A stretch of 64,000 nucleotides of DNA from an uncultured Fibrobacterota bacterium (GTDB taxonomy: Bacteria > Fibrobacterota > OXYB2-FULL-49-7 > CAYNYI01): contig CAYNYI010000001.1 in the NCBI GenBank assembly GCA_964401455.1, positions 1,245-65,244 on the forward strand, given 5' to 3'. Positions 41,278-51,425 of the stretch are shown here, in pieces. Made by a program: the position numbers and the translations under genes. The notes under the pieces were generated by a model, which was given only the letters and a program-made list of their open reading frames with translations, was not told where the DNA came from and searched no databases. Position 1 is the first letter of the stretch. Every line of letters starts with the position of its first letter.

Positions 41278-41910
41278 TCAATAAACGCAAGAGTTTTTAT
41301 CAGAAAAAAACTCAAACAGAGCCCTGTTTTCTAATCCCGGGCGTATTTCATATGAAAACACGCTGTAATTACAACCAACGTTATCGGCAATACGATCCGC
41401 CTCTACTGAAAAACGACCGGTTTTGTAACAGACAAAACCGGAATGACGGTTTTCTTTCAACACTTTTTTTAAAATCTTTTCCTCTCCCCCGAAAGCCTTC
41501 GCGACAAAAAGAGAACCGTCGTTAAATTTTTCAGAAAAAAAATCTGCTGAAACTAACTCTACATTCTTTAGGCCGAGACGGGATATTGCTGTTTTAATAA
41601 ACTCCCCCTTGCTTCTCCTCGACTCAACAAGGTAAAACCGTTTCGCTGGCAAAAAAACCGACAATATAATCCCGGGAACACCCGCTCCGGACCCTATGTC
41701 TACAATATCCTCATATTTATTCTGTATCTTGAACGCTTTTAAAGCAAGAGAATCGAAAACCAATTCATCAAGCATTTCTTTTTCATTCATTTTTTTTGAT
41801 ATAAGCGCATGCTTTTTGTTGTACCGATGAATAAGGCTCAGATATTCTGATATTTTTTCGCCCGCTTCGCCGGAAAAGTCTGCTTCCAAATCTTTAACCG
41901 AATGTTTCAC
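41278..41910 (-). CDS. rsmG: 16S rRNA (guanine527-N7)-methyltransferase
   Basis: SAM motif DIGSGAGVPGIIL; 210 aa; conserved position between mnmG and parA. Confidence 0.8.
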   Translation of the reverse strand: MKHSVKDLEADFSGEAGEKISEYLSLIHRYNKKHALISKKMNEKEMLDELVFDSLALKAFKIQNKYEDIVDIGSGAGVPGIILSVFLPAKRFYLVESRRSKGEFIKTAISRLGLKNVELVSADFFSEKFNDGSLFVAKAFGGEEKILKKVLKENRHSGFVCYKTGRFSVEADRIADNVGCNYSVFSYEIRPGLENRALFEFFSDKNSCVY

Positions 41911-41919
41911 GTGAAACAG

Positions 41920-43782
41920 TCACCTTTCCCGGGCTAATTTTGCAAGATAAACAAGCAATATAGATATGTCCGCAGGGGTTACACCCGAAATACCGGAAGC
42001 CCTCCCTATTGATTCGGGCCTCACCTTTTTCAGCTTTTCCCTCGCCTCAGTCAGAAGCCCCGGGACGGAATCATAGTCTATAGCTTCAGGTATTATTTTT
42101 TCCGCCTCTTTTTTCAGCTTTTCCGCCTCGGTTCTTTGCTTATTTATATATCCAAAATACTTTGTTTCAGCCTCGCCTATTAAAAGAATGTCTTCATCAC
42201 AGTTATTATTTAATATTTCAGAAGGAATATCGAAAATACGTATCTGCGGACGTTTTAAAAAGTCGAATATCTTTTTCCCCTCTTTCGGAGCAGACAGTCC
42301 TTTGGTGATTAAGATTTTTTCAGAGTCTTTAAGGCTTATGGCTGTTTTCTTAAGAGATTCCAGCAGATTTTCTACTTTTTTTCTCTTTTCCTTTACTGAA
42401 CCGGCACGCTCTTTTGATATGAGCCTTTGCTTTACTGCTTTATCCAGAAGTCTCAAGTCGGCATTGTCCTGCCTTAATAGAAGCCTGTATTCTGCTCTTG
42501 AGGTAAACATTCGATATGGCTCTGAAACACCTTTGGTGATAATATCGTCAATCAGAACCCCGATATAAGATTCTGCTCTGGTCATAATGAAAGGCGGCTC
42601 TCGAAGTATGCTGTTAGCGGCATTTGTTCCGGCAACAAGGCCCTGGGCGGCCGCTTCCTCATATCCGGAAGTTCCGTTCACCTGCCCGGCTAAAAAAAGC
42701 CGCTCTGCGATTTTTGACTCAAGAGTAAATTTAAGTTGTTCAGGATAAAAAAAGTCATATTCGATTGCATAGGCGTATTTACTAATTTGAGCACTCTCCA
42801 TGCCTGTTACAGATCTTACTATTTCTTTTTGAATTTCTTCAGGAAAAGAATTAGACAATCCGTTTATATAATAATTTTCTGAGGCCCAACCCTCAGGCTC
42901 AATAAAGATCTGATGTGTATCTTTGTCGGGAAAACGGACTATTTTGGTTTCGATCGAGGGGCAATAGCGTGGTCCGATTCCGGTGATTGTTCCGTCAAAA
43001 AGAGGAGACCTGCTCAGATTTTTTTCTATGATTTTTTTTGTTTCTATCGTTGTTGAAGTTACAAAACAGGGCTCCTGTTCCCGGGCTTTGTCCTTTTTCG
43101 TTATAAAAGAAAAATAAGGCGGAGGATTTTCACCATGTTGTATCTGAAGGGAATCGGTATTTACAGAGGACCTCTTAATTCTGGCCGGAGTGCCTGTTTT
43201 TAATCGACCTCTTTTTATCCCGAGAGAAAGAAGGCTTTCAGACAAGTTTTCATTAGATTTGTAATCAAGGCAACCGCCATCGGTCTTTTCTTTACCCTTG
43301 TGCATGATTCCGTTTATATATGTTCCGGCTGTAATTACAACAGCGCCACCCTCAACCTCTCCCCGGTTTTTTGTTATAACAACCCAGGACCCGGTATTTG
43401 ATGAAACTATTTTAATAGCATGGTCCTCCCAAATATCCAGGGTTTTATATTCCTGCAAATATCCAATCATAGTCTCGGTATATTTCACTCTGTCCATTTG
43501 CGCCCTGGGAGACCACACAGCAGGGCCTTTGCTTTTGTTAAGCATTCGGAACTGTATTCCGGCACGATCTGCCGCCTTAGCCATCAAACCCCCAAGCGCG
43601 TCTATTTCTCTGACAATAATTCCCTTGGCCAACCCCCCGATGGCGGGATTGCAAGGCATATGGCCCACAGATTTTATCTTGTGTGTAACAAGCAGAACAG
43701 AGACTCCTTTTCGGGCCGCAGCCGAAGCAGCCTCTATACCCGCGTGTCCTCCTCCAACAACAATTACATCGTAATGTTTCAC
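41920..43782 (-). CDS. mnmG: tRNA uridine 5-carboxymethylaminomethyl modification enzyme MnmG (GidA)
   Basis: MKHYDVIVVGGGHAGIEAASAAARKG FAD motif; 620 aa, GidA-like throughout. Confidence 0.9.
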   Translation of the reverse strand: MKHYDVIVVGGGHAGIEAASAAARKGVSVLLVTHKIKSVGHMPCNPAIGGLAKGIIVREIDALGGLMAKAADRAGIQFRMLNKSKGPAVWSPRAQMDRVKYTETMIGYLQEYKTLDIWEDHAIKIVSSNTGSWVVITKNRGEVEGGAVVITAGTYINGIMHKGKEKTDGGCLDYKSNENLSESLLSLGIKRGRLKTGTPARIKRSSVNTDSLQIQHGENPPPYFSFITKKDKAREQEPCFVTSTTIETKKIIEKNLSRSPLFDGTITGIGPRYCPSIETKIVRFPDKDTHQIFIEPEGWASENYYINGLSNSFPEEIQKEIVRSVTGMESAQISKYAYAIEYDFFYPEQLKFTLESKIAERLFLAGQVNGTSGYEEAAAQGLVAGTNAANSILREPPFIMTRAESYIGVLIDDIITKGVSEPYRMFTSRAEYRLLLRQDNADLRLLDKAVKQRLISKERAGSVKEKRKKVENLLESLKKTAISLKDSEKILITKGLSAPKEGKKIFDFLKRPQIRIFDIPSEILNNNCDEDILLIGEAETKYFGYINKQRTEAEKLKKEAEKIIPEAIDYDSVPGLLTEAREKLKKVRPESIGRASGISGVTPADISILLVYLAKLARER

Positions 43783-43794
43783 GTGAAACCTTTT

Positions 43795-45165
43795 CTATTT
43801 GCCGATACAGAAAGAAGAGAAGACCTCGTCCAGAACGTCTCTGCCGCCGGCCCTCCCCGTTAAGAGATCTATTTCGCGAATAACCTCTCTGTGTGTTTCG
43901 GATATGATTTCTTCCGGTAGTTTTTCATTTACAGAATCCGCTGTTTTTTTAAGCCCCGCAAGAATATTTTCAAGCCCTTTTTTCTGTCTTCCTGAAGCAG
44001 CTATAAGCATGTTTCCGGTTTTTTCCTTCCTTCTTTTACATTCACCGGAAATTTCTTCAAGCAGGCGGCCAAAACCTTCTCCATTTTTAGCCGAAACTCT
44101 TAAAACCTTTTCTTTAGCGAGAATCCTCTTTTCAACTGTTTTCTCAAACACCTTGTCAACACCCTTGTCTATTTTGTTGACAACATATATGGTTTTCTTG
44201 TTTAGGAGCATTTTCCTGACCTCCATACAATGGGGGTCGGGTTCAGCCGAGCCATCAAAAATAGCTATTACAACATCAGACTGCTCTATGCTCTGTCTTG
44301 CTCTGTCGATACCCATTATTTCTATCTCGTCATCGGCCCTCCTTATTCCTGCTGTATCGGAAAAAGAGACTTTCAGTCCGCAAATATTTACGGTTTCCGA
44401 AATTCGGTCCCTTGTTGTTCCCCCGACCTTATGAATAATGGACCTTTCTTCACCGAGAATCCTGTTAAACAGGCTGGACTTGCCGGCATTTACGTGGCCG
44501 GTCAGGGTTATTTTTACACCTTTTCCCAAATCCGAAATTTCACAGGTTTCATCAAAGTTTTTTATATAAATGCCTATCGCCTCGTCAATAAATTTTTTTG
44601 AAGCGTCCAATCCGAACTGCCCTATGTTTTCCTCTGAAAAATCGAGCTCGAGCTCTATAGCAGACTGCGACTTTAGCACATTTTCTCTTATTTTTTCCAG
44701 ACTCTTTGTTATGTTGCCACTCATGGCTTTTTGCGCAGCATCATTTTCCACCTCTGACTCGGAGCCTATGATCGCCATAACAGACTCCGCCTCAATCAAA
44801 TTCAGTTTGCCGTTAAGAAAAGCACGTTTTGTAAATTCCCCGGGGCCGGCAGGCATTATCCCGGACTTGTAAAGAGATTCAAGAATCTTTGATTTTATAT
44901 ACCGACTCCCGTGGCAATGAATTTCAACCACGTCCTCGCCGGTATAGCTGTGCGGAGCTCTGAAACAAACCATCATTACTTTATCAATGAGTTTATCCTC
45001 AAATACAAAACCACACAGCGAAAGTTTTCCTGTTTCTCTGAAAATATTCTTTTTGTCCGAATATTCAGACAATATTTCTACCACCCCCGCTCCGCTTATT
45101 CTCAAAACTGCCACTGCGCTTTTTTGATCTGGAGTTGAAAATGCCGCAATTATTTTTTCTTTCAT
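43795..45165 (-). CDS. mnmE: tRNA modification GTPase MnmE (TrmE)
   Basis: G domain (GHVNAGKSSLFNRIL; DTAGIR), N-terminal IAAFSTP motif and C-terminal CIGK. The start is taken at MKEKIIAAFSTP (ATG near 45165); the track ORF begins at 45189. Confidence 0.85.
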   Translation of the reverse strand: MKEKIIAAFSTPDQKSAVAVLRISGAGVVEILSEYSDKKNIFRETGKLSLCGFVFEDKLIDKVMMVCFRAPHSYTGEDVVEIHCHGSRYIKSKILESLYKSGIMPAGPGEFTKRAFLNGKLNLIEAESVMAIIGSESEVENDAAQKAMSGNITKSLEKIRENVLKSQSAIELELDFSEENIGQFGLDASKKFIDEAIGIYIKNFDETCEISDLGKGVKITLTGHVNAGKSSLFNRILGEERSIIHKVGGTTRDRISETVNICGLKVSFSDTAGIRRADDEIEIMGIDRARQSIEQSDVVIAIFDGSAEPDPHCMEVRKMLLNKKTIYVVNKIDKGVDKVFEKTVEKRILAKEKVLRVSAKNGEGFGRLLEEISGECKRRKEKTGNMLIAASGRQKKGLENILAGLKKTADSVNEKLPEEIISETHREVIREIDLLTGRAGGRDVLDEVFSSFCIGK

Positions 45166-45259
45166 AGAAAGAGAAAATAATAATTTCATTTTATCAATAA
45201 CTAATCCTATTTTAAATTGTAAATTTTATTAAAATAATTGAATTTTTATGAATATTTTA

Positions 45260-45288
45260 TTGACCTCATTAGTTAGATTTAATATGAT
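45260..45288 (+). promoter_or_regulatory. putative sigma70-type promoter (TTGACC-17 nt-TATGAT) for the REC-HDOD-STAS gene
   Basis: -35 TTGACC at 45260-45265 and -10 TATGAT at 45283-45288 with a 17-nt spacer, about 30 nt upstream of ATG 45319 in an AT-rich divergent intergenic region. Confidence 0.3.
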
Positions 45289-45318
45289 TTATACTGGTGT
45301 CTCTCAAAAGAAAAATTC

Positions 45319-47439
45319 ATGAATAATATTCTTTTAATATCAAGCAATAAAAAAGAGGAAGAAGTATTAAAGCTTCTACTTGAACAGTCTTCTTTTAAGG
45401 TTATTTCATCCATCCCGGACTATGCAAACTATCTTAAGATCCTCCAATTTAAACCGAGGCTTATTCTAATTGAAATGCCGTCAAACTATGTTAATCAAAT
45501 AAGCTATATGAAAATGGTGCGCCGCAACAAAAACACAAGGAAAACACCAATCATTTCTTTCGGCAGTCATTCCGACAAATTCATCACTAACAGCTTTGTT
45601 GCTTCCGGTTCAAATGAATATATATCGAGGCCTCTTAAGGCTAAAGATCTTCTGGAAAAATTCCAGCGTCTTTTAAGGTTAAAATCCCTCCCTTCTGAAA
45701 AAAACAAAAACGAGGAGGAGCAAGAGCTTTCAGAAATAATGCTTGATGAAAACAAAGCCGGTTCCGAAAAAATTAATGCCGTAGTTTCTCATGTAGACAA
45801 AGTTCTTGCTTTTCCTTTTACTGTTGCTAAACTACTAAAAATCTCAAGCAGTGAAGAATCCGGTGCTTCAGACCTCGCAAAGGTAATTAAGTCAGACCCG
45901 GTTATAACAGCCAAAATCCTCAAAGTATGTAACTCTGTCCTTTTTGCGACAAGAAACAACAAGACGATTTCAGACGTAAAAAAAGCTATAGTCAGAATAG
46001 GTTTTAACGAAACGAAACATATAGCCATGTCAATGTCTGTAATTAACCTTTTCTCAAAAGATGAAAAAAGCACCGGTTTTGACAGAATAGATTTTTGGTA
46101 TCATTCTCTTGCCACAGCTGTCATTTCCGAAAAACTGGCATCTACAAGCGGCGTGGCAAACCCCGAAGACGCCTTTGTTGCCGGCCTCCTCCATGATTTT
46201 GGAATTATGATAATGGATGAGTTTATGGGCAATGTTTTTTTTAAGGTCATAGAAAAAACACTAAACACTCCAATAAAATTTATTGATGCCGAAAAAGAAA
46301 CAACCGGCGTTGATCACACAGACTTTTCCGCGGAGCTTTTTGAAAAATGGAAGCTTCCCTCTGCAATAATAAACAGTATGAAAAACAATCACCGATACCT
46401 TGAGATTGCTGAAGATTCTGAAGATTCGGGTATTACACAATGCGTAGGCCTGGCAAACATAATAGCCAGAAGCTTATCTATAGGTAAAGATGTTGATTAT
46501 TTCATTCATTATCCTACGGATGAAATTTTTAAAAAATTGAAATTGCCGCACGGTCTTCAATCTAAGTTTTTTGATGACATTTTTGAACAGATGAATATGT
46601 TCAATAAATTTCTTAATATTGACAAACGCTCCTTCCCTGATCCGGACATGAGCATACCGGGAAAAGACGAAGAAACCAGAATTGTTTACATAAAAAATAA
46701 AAAGGAGAAGTTCAATCCTGTTTTTGCTTTTACCAAAAATCTTACTGAAAATATTTTAGAAACGTCGTTTGAAAAACCCGAGACTGATTTTGAACCCGGA
46801 GTTAAAAACGTCTTTATTTACGATTTTTCAAAAGAGGTTTTTGATCTCTCTAAAATTAAAAGTCCGGAGGCCTCTCCAAAAATAATTATAGGCCAAAAAG
46901 AAAAGAACGACGAAAGAACCCGTTATTATGCTGATGAAATAAACCTTCGTTTCCTTGAGAATGACATTACTTTTTTTACAACAGGAAAGGAAACAATAAA
47001 AAGAGAATTTGTCGGGAAAGAAGATGAAAATAGCATACATATATCAATACGGGACCTTCAGGACGGAATAAAATGTGTTGATATAAAAGGGCGCATGATA
47101 GTCGCCAATATGCTGAAAATTCAGAAAAAAATGATTAATATTTTAAAAGAAAACCCTAAATATCTGTCTTTGGACCTGTCTAAAATAAGTTTTATAGACA
47201 GTAACGGCATTATGCTCATAATTAATCTTAATAAAAGAATAAGCAAAAATGGCGGAAAATTTTGTCTTTTGTCTCCGTCAGAAAATGTAACCGATCTCTT
47301 AAAAATAAACAATATTTCTGATCTTGTAACCATTGCTCACTCAGAAAAGGAACTTGAAAAAGTTTTCGATATAGAACTCCCGCCTATGGAAGAAATCGAC
47401 CCGGAAGTTTATGATGTGGGCGGTGATGAAATAGTTTAA
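45319..47439 (+). CDS. multidomain signalling protein: pseudo-receiver + HDOD + uncharacterised middle + C-terminal STAS (anti-sigma-factor-antagonist-like) domain
   Basis: N-terminal REC-like fold with the acceptor position substituted (LILIEMP instead of D) and the DD pair absent. HDOD core (…ITAKILKVCNSVLF…AGLLHDFGIMIMDEF). C-terminal STAS-like segment (LSLDLSKISFIDSNGIMLIINLNKRISKNGGKFCLLSPSENVTDLLKI). Confidence 0.6.
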   Translation: MNNILLISSNKKEEEVLKLLLEQSSFKVISSIPDYANYLKILQFKPRLILIEMPSNYVNQISYMKMVRRNKNTRKTPIISFGSHSDKFITNSFVASGSNEYISRPLKAKDLLEKFQRLLRLKSLPSEKNKNEEEQELSEIMLDENKAGSEKINAVVSHVDKVLAFPFTVAKLLKISSSEESGASDLAKVIKSDPVITAKILKVCNSVLFATRNNKTISDVKKAIVRIGFNETKHIAMSMSVINLFSKDEKSTGFDRIDFWYHSLATAVISEKLASTSGVANPEDAFVAGLLHDFGIMIMDEFMGNVFFKVIEKTLNTPIKFIDAEKETTGVDHTDFSAELFEKWKLPSAIINSMKNNHRYLEIAEDSEDSGITQCVGLANIIARSLSIGKDVDYFIHYPTDEIFKKLKLPHGLQSKFFDDIFEQMNMFNKFLNIDKRSFPDPDMSIPGKDEETRIVYIKNKKEKFNPVFAFTKNLTENILETSFEKPETDFEPGVKNVFIYDFSKEVFDLSKIKSPEASPKIIIGQKEKNDERTRYYADEINLRFLENDITFFTTGKETIKREFVGKEDENSIHISIRDLQDGIKCVDIKGRMIVANMLKIQKKMINILKENPKYLSLDLSKISFIDSNGIMLIINLNKRISKNGGKFCLLSPSENVTDLLKINNISDLVTIAHSEKELEKVFDIELPPMEEIDPEVYDVGGDEIV

Positions 47440-47456
47440 ATATTAATGCACTTATT

Positions 47457-48065
47457 ATGTCATCTCAAATTATAAAATCTTCTTTATTTCTCTTCTTGCT
47501 TCTTAATCCATTTTTATTAATTATATATATTCTGGATCTTGTTCAGGACCTTAATCACAAATCATTCAGCAAGCTTTTGATTAATGCCGGATTAATCTCT
47601 TTTTTTGTTCTTTCCTGTTTTGCTTACGCAGGAACATCTTTTTTCAGCGGCTTTCTTCAAGTTAAATTCTATTCTTTTCAGATTTTCGGCGGCATTGTTT
47701 TTCTCATTATATCAATACGTTTTATTTTTCTTGGAAACACGGCGTTTAAAGGCATCAGGGGAAACCCCTCCTCTTCAAGCGGCTCAATAGCAATGCCTAT
47801 AATGATCGGCCCAGGTACTGTAGGAGGGGCTGTTCTTGCGGGGGAAAACCTGGTTTTACCACTTGCTTCAATATCTATTTTTTCGTCTATCTTTTTTTCA
47901 GTTATAATAATGATCATTCTGAAATTTGTTTATGATTTCGTTAAACCAAGAAACGAATTAATTGTTGAAAGATATATAGACATAGCTGGCCGAATCGCGT
48001 CTCTTATTATAGGGACCTTCTCAATTGAAATGATAATGTCCGGAATTACCTGTTGGATTTCATGA
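47457..48065 (+). CDS. MarC-family (UPF0056) integral membrane protein
   Basis: 202 aa, six TM helices, N-terminal LLLNPFLLIIYILDL pattern resembling MarC-family proteins. Confidence 0.5.
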   Translation: MSSQIIKSSLFLFLLLNPFLLIIYILDLVQDLNHKSFSKLLINAGLISFFVLSCFAYAGTSFFSGFLQVKFYSFQIFGGIVFLIISIRFIFLGNTAFKGIRGNPSSSSGSIAMPIMIGPGTVGGAVLAGENLVLPLASISIFSSIFFSVIIMIILKFVYDFVKPRNELIVERYIDIAGRIASLIIGTFSIEMIMSGITCWIS

Positions 48066-48697
48066 AAAAACTCTCGGTTCCATTTATAAAAACAGAACAA
48101 CCTGAAAGCTATTTTTCCGGAAGTGATAGTCTAATTCATTCTGTTTCAAACTGTTCATGGCCCGGGTTTAATTATAAGCCGACTGTCTCTTTTAAAATAG
48201 CCCATGATAATAAATCCATTTTTCTTAATTATTCTGTTTCTGAAAAATATATTCTTGCCTTATGTACAAAAAACAATGAGATGGTTTGTAAAGACAGCTG
48301 TGTTGAATTTTTTCTTTCTCCCGACAAAAAAGGCTATTATAATTTTGAATTTAACTGTATAGGGACAACTCTTTGCTTTTTCGGTAAAAACAGACACGAC
48401 AGAAACCCCCTTTCCGGCAAAAGCATAGACAGTATAGAAAAACTTTCTTCTCTTGGAACTACGCCTTTTCAAGAAAAAACCGGTAGCTTTACATGGGACC
48501 TTTTTTTAAAGATACCTTTGTCCGCTTTAGAGCATCACAAAATACATGATCTGCGTGGAAAATCTTTTCGTGCTAATTTTTACAAATGTGGAGACCGTCT
48601 TACAGAACCTCATTTTCTTTCATGGAATAAAGTAAACAGCGATAAACCGGATTTTCACCGGCCGGAATTTTTCGGGGAAATTTATTTTGAAAAGTGA
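48053..48697 (+). CDS. hypothetical protein (DOMON/CBM9-like beta-sandwich suspected)
   Basis: 214 aa, aromatic-rich with no TM segment; overlaps the flanking genes by 13 and 11 bp, implying an operon with the MarC-like and patatin genes. Confidence 0.4.
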   Translation: MDFMKKLSVPFIKTEQPESYFSGSDSLIHSVSNCSWPGFNYKPTVSFKIAHDNKSIFLNYSVSEKYILALCTKNNEMVCKDSCVEFFLSPDKKGYYNFEFNCIGTTLCFFGKNRHDRNPLSGKSIDSIEKLSSLGTTPFQEKTGSFTWDLFLKIPLSALEHHKIHDLRGKSFRANFYKCGDRLTEPHFLSWNKVNSDKPDFHRPEFFGEIYFEK

Positions 48698-49697
48698 ATA
48701 CAAAATATTCCGAAGACCAAAAATCCTCTGCCTTGACGGAGGGGGCCTAAGAGGAATATTTACCCTTCAGATTCTAAAGCAGATCGAGAAAGATACCGGA
48801 AAAAAACTATATGATATTTTTGATCTTATATGCGGAGTAAGCACCGGATCTATAATCGCTTTTATGTCGGGTCTTCTGAAATTTCCTACGGAAAGAATTG
48901 AAGATATATACCTTGAGGTAGGCGAAAGAATTTTTTCCAAATATCCGCTAATGGGTATTATTGATCTCTTTTTTAAAAACTCCAAGTTTAATTCGGATAT
49001 TCTTGAACATGAGCTCAGATCTTATTTCGGAGAAGACAATAAGCTTTCTGATTTTTCGAAAAATAAACCGATGGTTTCCTGTACCGCAAGCGAAAGCTCT
49101 TTGTCTCCCGGTAGATTATGCGTTTTCAGTACCTATGATCACGAAGGCCTGCCCTTTCATGGAACCAATAAAATAAAAACCTGGGAAGCTGTAAGAGCTT
49201 CTTGTTCCGCGCCTTTTTACTTTACTCCCATGAAAATAGAAAACATATCATATGGGTCCCTTTCTGTTAATCCAAATACTTTTCCCGGCCCCATAGAAAT
49301 GCCAAAAAAAAGAAGAACTTATATAGACGGTGCGGTTATCTCGGCTAATCCTTCATATATCTCTTATCTTGAATCAAGATTTCTTTTTAAAAGCCTTTTG
49401 AAACCTTTTGTTGTTAATGTCGGCACGGGGCAGGCTCTTTCTTCTCTACCGGATTCTAATGATGAAATGTGGATCTATGGTCTGACAAGAAAAACAATTG
49501 AGACATCCATGAGCGTTCTTCATGTACCAGCAGTTATGTCCGGTCTGCTGCATAAAAATTACTATTATATAAACGGCACCGTTGCCTATGGGGGTATAAG
49601 CAACCTGGAATATGTAAAAAACTGGATCGAAGAAGGAAAAAATACAGCAAACTCTTTTTCAGAATGGGAAACCCTTATAAAAAAGCTCCGTTCATGA
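48687..49697 (+). CDS. patatin-like phospholipase
   Basis: Oxyanion/Gly-rich motif LCLDGGGLRG, nucleophile elbow CGVSTGS and a DGA-type second catalytic motif (YIDGAVIS). Confidence 0.75.
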   Translation: MKSEYKIFRRPKILCLDGGGLRGIFTLQILKQIEKDTGKKLYDIFDLICGVSTGSIIAFMSGLLKFPTERIEDIYLEVGERIFSKYPLMGIIDLFFKNSKFNSDILEHELRSYFGEDNKLSDFSKNKPMVSCTASESSLSPGRLCVFSTYDHEGLPFHGTNKIKTWEAVRASCSAPFYFTPMKIENISYGSLSVNPNTFPGPIEMPKKRRTYIDGAVISANPSYISYLESRFLFKSLLKPFVVNVGTGQALSSLPDSNDEMWIYGLTRKTIETSMSVLHVPAVMSGLLHKNYYYINGTVAYGGISNLEYVKNWIEEGKNTANSFSEWETLIKKLRS

Positions 49698-51422
49698 AGA
49701 GGCTGCTTTCTTTTTATTTGTCACATACTGCTGTATTACGCCGATAATATTGCTCAGTGTCCAGTACACCAGAAGTCCTGACGGAAAATTATAAAGAAGG
49801 AAGAAAAGCATCACAGGCATAAAATAAACCATCATCTTCTGTTTCGGATCCTGCATTGTCATTTTGCTTTGGAAAAACATTGAAATTGACATCAGAAAAA
49901 CCAGAAAATGGATTTCAGTCCCTATGAATGGAAGTTCAAATGGTAATTTGAATAAAACATCCGGTTGAGACAAATCCTTTATCCAAAAAACAAAATCCGC
50001 TCCTCTAAGCTCAATTGATTTTCTCAAAGTAACGAACAAAGATATAAATACGGGCATCTGCAAAAACATAGGCAAACAACCGGAAACCGGGTTTATTCCG
50101 GACCTTTTATACAGTTCCATCGTTGCTTTATTAAGCTTGACCGGGTCATTTGAATATTTTTCTCTCAATTCCTGAATTTTTGGCTGAATTTCTTTCATAC
50201 CTGCCATTGATTTGGCGCTTTTTAATGTCATCGGCAAAGTAACCACTCTGCTTATAATTGTTAAAAATATTATTGAAACACCATAATTCGGAATCAGTTT
50301 ATAAAAAGCATTTAAAAGCCATAAAACAAGAGCGCATAGTTTAGGAAACCAGATATCCGCTCTGAAAAACCATCCATATCCACTAAATACCGTTTTTTCC
50401 AGATCATTTCCATAACTGCTCAACAACGAGTGTTTTGCCGGAGAAACCACAATCCGGTATTTCTCATATCCGTCTGACCGTACATTACTGAATTTCATTC
50501 CCGTATTTACCCGGTTACGAAATTTTTCCATTTGTTTATTTTCATCATCAAGCTTAATATATCTGAAAACACTTTCAATATCTTTCTCTTCAGGGTTTTG
50601 TATTGACGCCAAAAAATATTTTGATTTCAGAGCGATCCATCTTGTATAACCGCTAAGCTTCTCAACACGCTCATCTTTGTCAATGCTGACTTTCTCAACA
50701 TCGTCTCCATAATTTATATATGCCTCAAGTTCATCCTGGCCTTTTTGCAGGTTTTCTTCCGATTCAACAATTCCGGCATTCCATTCAAGATCATAGGATA
50801 TGTCTATGTTTTTATCAGAAATAATTTCCAAATCAAAATCATAGCTTCCTTCATAAAAAGTAAATCTTTTTTCAAGCAAACCGAATTCCGTTTCTGCCCT
50901 CATTACTAAAACAGAACTTTTATCTACAACGACCTCTGAAGCGGACGAATCTATACCGGGGCCCGAAAAACTGAAATCATATATTTTCTTTTTATCATTA
51001 TTCAGAAAAACTCCAAGAACGCCTTCATCTCTGGGTATTATTGAAACATAATCAGAGTCTCTTCCCGCATATTCTGAAAAAACAAATTTTTTCAGTAATC
51101 CATTTTTTGAAGAAAATTGCGCGTAATATTTATCTGTTATAACTGTAATCAGCCGCTCTTCAACAGTTTCTTCCGTTTCCCCGGAAAGACTCAAAGAATT
51201 TGATTCTTCTTTTCCTGTTGAATCATAATCTGATTCTTGTTTTTCGTTTATTGTTTCAACGGCTTCATTATTATTACGGTCAAGAACCTCATCATTTGTA
51301 TTCCTTTTTACCGGTTCTGTGCCAAAAAGAGCCGGGGCTATTTTATTCATATAAAGATCACTGGAAAAAAACATGATCCCAACGATGATAATGATTATCG
51401 CTTTAAAAGTGTTTCTGTCCAT
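49692..51422 (-). CDS. yidC: membrane protein insertase YidC
   Basis: N-terminal TM, large periplasmic domain, C-terminal 5-TM Oxa1 core and a basic tail (KKKAASS). It lies between yidD and mnmE as in most bacteria. Confidence 0.85.
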   Translation of the reverse strand: MDRNTFKAIIIIIVGIMFFSSDLYMNKIAPALFGTEPVKRNTNDEVLDRNNNEAVETINEKQESDYDSTGKEESNSLSLSGETEETVEERLITVITDKYYAQFSSKNGLLKKFVFSEYAGRDSDYVSIIPRDEGVLGVFLNNDKKKIYDFSFSGPGIDSSASEVVVDKSSVLVMRAETEFGLLEKRFTFYEGSYDFDLEIISDKNIDISYDLEWNAGIVESEENLQKGQDELEAYINYGDDVEKVSIDKDERVEKLSGYTRWIALKSKYFLASIQNPEEKDIESVFRYIKLDDENKQMEKFRNRVNTGMKFSNVRSDGYEKYRIVVSPAKHSLLSSYGNDLEKTVFSGYGWFFRADIWFPKLCALVLWLLNAFYKLIPNYGVSIIFLTIISRVVTLPMTLKSAKSMAGMKEIQPKIQELREKYSNDPVKLNKATMELYKRSGINPVSGCLPMFLQMPVFISLFVTLRKSIELRGADFVFWIKDLSQPDVLFKLPFELPFIGTEIHFLVFLMSISMFFQSKMTMQDPKQKMMVYFMPVMLFFLLYNFPSGLLVYWTLSNIIGVIQQYVTNKKKAASS

Positions 51423-51425
51423 AAT

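Noticed and set aside
43799-44872. Plus-strand ORFs (211 aa, 123 aa, 100 aa) inside mnmE
   Set aside because: They are antisense shadow ORFs of the mnmE coding region. Their composition is dominated by Ser, Leu and Phe, with no motifs.
48687-49697. Patatin-like phospholipase as a CBASS-type defence effector
   Set aside because: No CD-NTase, E1/E2-like or other signalling-nucleotide synthase gene lies nearby. Its neighbours are a MarC-like membrane protein and a small soluble protein in a housekeeping-like context.
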